Below the pieces are notes generated by a model, which was given only the letters and a program-made list of their open reading frames with translations, had not been told where the DNA came from and did not search any database. DNA of 64,000 bases from an uncultured Chloroflexia bacterium (GTDB lineage Bacteria > Chloroflexota > Limnocylindria > Limnocylindrales > CSP1-4), in the NCBI GenBank assembly GCA_963707215.1, contig CAVPPB010000001.1, forward strand, positions 800,001 through 864,000, given 5' to 3'. Below, piece after piece: positions 59,512 through 64,000 of the stretch. A program made the translations under genes and the position numbers. The number at the start of each line of letters is the position of its first letter. Within the stretch, counting starts at the first letter, position 1.

Positions 59512-61317
59512 ATGCACCTGCCCCGCTGGGCCCGCGACCTGGAGCTCCTGAAGTGGATCGGCGTCATCCTGCCGATCGTCTTCATCTGGGTCTTCGAGCT
59601 CGTCCGCTTCTTCGTCGTCGAGGAGAGCGTCGGCGGCACCGAGACCCACGTCGTCTCGGCGCTCGTCATGGCCGGTGCCGTGGTCCTGTTCGGCATCGGG
59701 ATGGCCGCCCTCATCGACCGGACCGAGCGCGAGCTCGTCCGCCAGAACCGCGACTTGACGGCCACCCGCGCGGTCAGCGAGGCCGTCCGGGGGAACCGCC
59801 CGCTGCCGGAGGCCCTCGCCGAGGCCCTGGAGGGGCTGGCCCGCGAGACCGGCGCCGTCGCCGGCGTCATCCGGGTGCCCGGGGACGACGGTCGCGAGCT
59901 CGTGACGCGGCAGCCCCGGACCGTTCCGGCGGGCCTGGACTGGGCCGGGGCGCTCCTCGACGAGCCGGCGTCGACCCGTGCCGACGGCCCGCGCTACAGC
60001 GAGCGACGCGAGTTGGACACGACCCTTCTCGACCTCCCGCTCGCCTCCCGGGGGCAGCGCCTGGGATCGCTGCGCCTTGTCTTCCATCCCGCCCAACGAC
60101 CCGATCTCTCCGAGGAGGCGCTGTCCGACATCGCCGACGAGCTCGCCACCGCCATCCGGCTCCACCACCTGGTCGAGGACCTCCGGCGGCGCGAGCGGGA
60201 GCGGGCCGCCCTCTACGAGGTCGCCCTCCAACTCACCGAGCGGAGCGAGACGCGCCCGGCGCTCGACTCGATCGCGGAGCATGCTCGTGGACTGCTGGTG
60301 GCGGATCGCGCGGTCGTCTGCCTGGCCGAGCCCGACGCGGCGACCCGGTCCCGGCACGCGGCCGAGCGCCTGGCGCTCGCCGACGACGGTTCCGTCTGCC
60401 TGCTGGCCCAGGCTGGCGACGAGCCCGGCCACCGCAACCCCCTGTGCCCCGTTCAGATGGAGCGCGCTGGGAGCCAGTGGATGGCCCGACCGCTCCGCAG
60501 CGCCGACGGTCACCTCGGGGAGCTCTGCGTGGTGCGGGAGCAGGGTCCGGCCTTCTCCGACGCCGATCGGTCGCTGCTGGCCGCCCTGGCCGACATGGCC
60601 GCCATCGCCGTCACCACGGCCCGCCTCAAGGAGGCCGAGCAGCAGTGGACGATCGTCGCCGAGCGCGACCGTATCGCCCGCGAGCTGCACGACAGCCTGG
60701 CCCAGGTCCTGGGCCACATCCACCTGCGGCTGCGCGACATCGAGACCCGGCTCGACGGCGCCGCCCCGATCATCGGGGCCGAGCTGGCCGACCTGGCCGG
60801 CGTCGCCGACGAGGCCTACCGGGACGTCCGCGAGGCGATCCTGGGGTTGCGCGAGACGATCTCGTCCGAGGGCGGATTGGAGGGAGCGCTCCGCGAGTAC
60901 ATCGCCAAGTACGCCCGCCAGACGGGCATCAAGGCGAGCCTGGTGTGCGACGAGACCGCCCGGGCGGCGCTGCCGCCGCGGGCCGAGGTCCAGCTGCTCC
61001 GCGTCGTCCAGGAGGCCCTGACGAACGTCCGCAAGCACGCCGGCGCGACCCGGGTCGTCGTCCGGATGCGCTGCCCCGGCGGGATGCCGATCGTCGAGGT
61101 CGAGGACGACGGTGCCGGGTTCGACCCTTCGCGGCTGGAGAAGTCCTTCAGCGGCGGGTTCGGCCTGACCTCGATGCGCGAGCGCGTCGAGCAGGTCGGC
61201 GGTACCCTCGAGCTGCATACTGCCCCCGGTGAGGGGACCCGGATCGTGGTCCGCCTCCAGCCAGAGGACCCTCGTGTCGCACCAGCCACCACGTCTCCGG
61301 ATCCTGCTGGTCGATGA
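59512..61317 (+). CDS. Membrane-bound GAF-domain HisKA_3 sensor kinase
   Basis: Two TM, GAF-like regions, ERDRIARELHDSLAQ, QEALTNVRKHA, DDGAGF, GLTSMRER. Confidence 0.92.
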   Translation: MHLPRWARDLELLKWIGVILPIVFIWVFELVRFFVVEESVGGTETHVVSALVMAGAVVLFGIGMAALIDRTERELVRQNRDLTATRAVSEAVRGNRPLPEALAEALEGLARETGAVAGVIRVPGDDGRELVTRQPRTVPAGLDWAGALLDEPASTRADGPRYSERRELDTTLLDLPLASRGQRLGSLRLVFHPAQRPDLSEEALSDIADELATAIRLHHLVEDLRRRERERAALYEVALQLTERSETRPALDSIAEHARGLLVADRAVVCLAEPDAATRSRHAAERLALADDGSVCLLAQAGDEPGHRNPLCPVQMERAGSQWMARPLRSADGHLGELCVVREQGPAFSDADRSLLAALADMAAIAVTTARLKEAEQQWTIVAERDRIARELHDSLAQVLGHIHLRLRDIETRLDGAAPIIGAELADLAGVADEAYRDVREAILGLRETISSEGGLEGALREYIAKYARQTGIKASLVCDETARAALPPRAEVQLLRVVQEALTNVRKHAGATRVVVRMRCPGGMPIVEVEDDGAGFDPSRLEKSFSGGFGLTSMRERVEQVGGTLELHTAPGEGTRIVVRLQPEDPRVAPATTSPDPAGR

Positions 61318-61981
61318 CCAGCCCCTCTTCCGCAAGGCCCTCGCGAGCCTGATCTCCGGCCAGTTCGACCTCAACGTCGTCGGCGAGGCCAGCGACGGGC
61401 GTGAGGCGCTGGAGCAGGTCCGCAACCTCCGACCCGACCTGGTAGTCATGGACGTCCAGATGCCCGGCGTAGACGGGATCGGCGGGGTCAAGGCCATCCG
61501 GACGGCCGGGATCGACGTCCCCATCGTCATGCTCACCATCTCCGACGAGGACGACGACCTCTTCGAGGCCGTCCAGGCCGGCGCCAACGGCTACCTGCTC
61601 AAGAACATGCGGCCGGAGCAGATCTTCGAAGGCATCCGCGGCGCGGCCAAGGGCGAGGCCCCGGTCGCCGGCGCTGTCGCCGGCAAGCTCCTCGAGGCAC
61701 TCCGCCACGGCGGGGTGGCGCCCAGCCGGGTCGCCACCGACGCCACGCCCGAGGAGATGTCGCTGACCCGTCGCGAGGCGGAGATCCTCCAGCTGATCGC
61801 GGCCGGCCTGTCCAACAAGGAGATCGCCGCTCGCCTGACGATCACCGAGGGCACGGTCAAGAACCACGTCCACCACGCCCTCGAGAAGCTCCACCTGACC
61901 AACCGGGTCCAGGCCGCGGCCTACGCGGTCCGCCACGGCTACGGTCGCGGGGACGGCACGGGATCCGAGCCGGCTGGCTGA
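61274..61981 (+). CDS. NarL/LuxR response regulator
   Basis: LVDDQ, MDVQMP, GYLLK, LTRRE..GLSNKEIA..TVKNH. Confidence 0.95.
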   Translation: MSHQPPRLRILLVDDQPLFRKALASLISGQFDLNVVGEASDGREALEQVRNLRPDLVVMDVQMPGVDGIGGVKAIRTAGIDVPIVMLTISDEDDDLFEAVQAGANGYLLKNMRPEQIFEGIRGAAKGEAPVAGAVAGKLLEALRHGGVAPSRVATDATPEEMSLTRREAEILQLIAAGLSNKEIAARLTITEGTVKNHVHHALEKLHLTNRVQAAAYAVRHGYGRGDGTGSEPAG

Positions 61982-62167
61982 CTCCTGGCGCTGCGTCAGC
62001 GAGCCGATGTGCGCCACGGGGTACATGCCGGTTCGCTTCACCCCGATGGTCACGGGATCGCCGTAGGCCGGACGATAGAGACGTGACCCAGGATTGTGCC
62101 GTCGGGCGGATGGTCGGCCTCGTGGACGGGCCCCTAGCATCCCGAGGGTGGGGCCCAAGGCGGGCCC

Positions 62168-62632
62168 GTGCACGGGGGCGCCGAATTGGCGGCCGATCCG
62201 ATCTCGGTCCTGCTGCTCTACGTCAACCCGCTTCTCGGCGAGGGGCTCGAGCGCCTGCTGACCGCCGAGCCGCGACTGTCGGTGACGGCACTCCACCTGG
62301 CCTGCTCCGCTCCTCTCGCGCCGATCGCCGATCAGGATGCCGACGTGGTCATCTTCGAGGAGGGTGGTCCGCTGGGCCTCGAGCAGCTCCTCGAGCGGAC
62401 CCGTGCTCCGATCGTCATCGCGGTCAGCCTCCACACGGGCGACGTCTGGACGCTTCGGCGCGACGACCTGCGCAAGCGTTCCGGTGATGTCGTCGACGAG
62501 ATCGTGGCGACCTGCCTGGGCCGCGCCGACGCCGCGGCCCGCGCCGTTCGGGGCGGGCGCCGACGACCGGTCGCGATCGAGGTGGCCGATGACCAGCGGA
62601 CGCCGACCCCCCGAGCGTATCGCCCCGCCTGA
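62168..62632 (+). CDS. Hypothetical protein, degenerate receiver-like
   Basis: VLLL..NPLLGEGL..LL, DVVIFE and PIVIAVSL resemble a REC fold without the canonical acidic pocket. Confidence 0.55.
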   Translation: MHGGAELAADPISVLLLYVNPLLGEGLERLLTAEPRLSVTALHLACSAPLAPIADQDADVVIFEEGGPLGLEQLLERTRAPIVIAVSLHTGDVWTLRRDDLRKRSGDVVDEIVATCLGRADAAARAVRGGRRRPVAIEVADDQRTPTPRAYRPA

Positions 62633-62656
62633 GCCGCCTCGGTATCCTTAGGTCCG

Positions 62657-63139
62657 ATGAGCCTTCCTTCCGGCCACCGCATGCCCCGCCGCCGCGCGCT
62701 CCTCGTCATCGGATCGAGCGTCGCCGCCATCGGCGCCACTCCCCTCGCCCTGGCCGGCTGCGAGCCGCCGGTGCCGGTGGACACGACGTTCGAGCTCGAC
62801 CCGGCAAGCCTGCCCGTGGGCGAACCGACGCTCATCGGCTTCGAGTTCGAGAAGCCCGACGGGTCGATCGGCCAGGGCTCGGCCTGGTTCCTGCGCAGCG
62901 ACGACGACGCGCTCGTTGCCTACGACCCGCGCTGCACCCACCAGGCTTGCGAGTACGCCTGGGAGCCGGCCCAGGCGCAGTTCACCTGCGTCTGCCACGA
63001 GGCCGCCTTCTCCCTGGACGGCGAGGTCTTGTTCGGCCCGCCGCCACGGCCGCTGGCTCGGTTCCCGATGGTCGTCAGCGGGACGTCGGTGACCCTCACG
63101 GTCCCCTCGAACCTGCAGGCGCCCAAGACCGAAGGCTGA
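62657..63139 (+). CDS. Second Rieske [2Fe-2S] protein (Tat lipoprotein-like)
   Basis: RRRAL..LAGC, CTHQAC, CVCHEAAF, GPPPRPL. Confidence 0.9.
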   Translation: MSLPSGHRMPRRRALLVIGSSVAAIGATPLALAGCEPPVPVDTTFELDPASLPVGEPTLIGFEFEKPDGSIGQGSAWFLRSDDDALVAYDPRCTHQACEYAWEPAQAQFTCVCHEAAFSLDGEVLFGPPPRPLARFPMVVSGTSVTLTVPSNLQAPKTEG

Positions 63140-63396
63140 GCGAGCGGTTGCTGGGAACCCGGTCGCTCGGCGGCTGCCCACCGCGGGGTGCGACCGCCCA
63201 GGACCCTTGGCCCTGATCGGCTGATATACCCCCGGTGCGTGGACGCACCGCCGCCTGTGCCGAACATGTATCGCCCGGCGGATGGGTCCACGGGACGCTC
63301 CGCGCGACGATATCCACGGTCGACCGTCCCCGACGTGGCCGACCGTGTCCGCTAGTGGGGTGAAAACGAATGTTCCGGGTCACGTCCCTGACCGCG

Positions 63397-64000
63397 ATGT
63401 CGGACCGGCAGCTCGACCGCTGGATCAAGCGGATCGCGGCGCTGGCGCTGATCGCGCTCGTGGCGTTCGTGGCGTTCTACGTCTTCGACCGCTACCGCGA
63501 TCCCGGCCCGACGATGGTCGACCGCAACATCATCGCCCTCGAGGAAGTCGTCCGGGCCGACCCGGCCGACATCACCTCGCGGGGCCAGCTCGCCGACCTC
63601 TACACGGCCGCCGGCCGCTACGAGGATGCGATCGCCCAGTACGGGGCGATCCTCGAGACCGGCAAGGAGACCGAGCTGGCCCACTTCGGGCGGGCCAAGG
63701 CCTACCAGGCCAGCGGGCAGCTCGATGCCGCGGCCGCGGACTTCGAGGTGGTCGTGGGCATCGCCAAGGAAGGCGAGATGGCCCACGTCGACCCGATCCT
63801 GAATGCCGCCTACTTCGGTCTCGGAGCGATCGCCCTCGAGCAGGGCCGCCCGGACGACGCGGTCACCCACCTCACGGCGGCGGTCAACATCAAGCGGGCT
63901 GACGCCGACTCGTGGAACCTCCTCGGGGCGGCCCTGGTCGACGTCGGCGAGCCCGCCAAGGCCATCGAGGCCCTCCAGAAGGCCGTCGCCTTCGTGCCGC
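63397..64000 (+). CDS. Membrane-anchored tetratricopeptide-repeat protein (3' truncated by window)
   Basis: MSDRQLDRWIK, then a TM and TPR repeats (LADLY...GRYEDAI..Y; AYFGLG.IAL.QG.PDDA; W.LLG..L...G...AI.AL.KA). Confidence 0.88.
   Translation, partial: MSDRQLDRWIKRIAALALIALVAFVAFYVFDRYRDPGPTMVDRNIIALEEVVRADPADITSRGQLADLYTAAGRYEDAIAQYGAILETGKETELAHFGRAKAYQASGQLDAAAADFEVVVGIAKEGEMAHVDPILNAAYFGLGAIALEQGRPDDAVTHLTAAVNIKRADADSWNLLGAALVDVGEPAKAIEALQKAVAFVP

Noticed and set aside
43071-61587. Very long antisense ORFs (e.g. 43071-45653 +, 44594-46897 +, 58768-61587 -)
   Set aside because: They are shadows of real genes in high-GC DNA where stop codons are rare, and they have no recognisable motifs.

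Overview
Very GC-rich bacterial DNA. Gene content (zinc-ribbon adenylate cyclase, Get3/ArsA-like ATPase, many apparently leaderless genes) suggests Chloroflexota or Actinomycetota, possibly Limnocylindria; this is inference only. Many genes are broken by 1-2 nt indels, most likely long-read or assembly errors. From left to right the window holds: PFOR and a DHOD-like gene, a cyclase-ATPase, panB with a conserved unknown, a glycosyltransferase pair, a two-component system with a cupredoxin, preA, a membrane-bound [NiFe]-hydrogenase-like operon with a heptahaem cytochrome c, an arsenic region (arsR, arsM, aquaporin, MerR-ArsC fusion), an operon with a polyamine-type ABC transporter, four MttB methyltransferases and a corrinoid protein, and a Rieske/cytochrome b/decahaem cluster with its own two-component system. 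Three things stand out. (1) The hydrogenase large subunit keeps all four metal-binding Cys but has lost several normally invariant catalytic and gas-channel residues. (2) The Pot-4xMttB-corrinoid operon is a candidate demethylation pathway for methylated (poly)amines. (3) The MerR-ArsC fusion has a classic 19-bp MerR promoter and an internal ArsC start. No tRNA, rRNA, CRISPR array or transposase was recognised.
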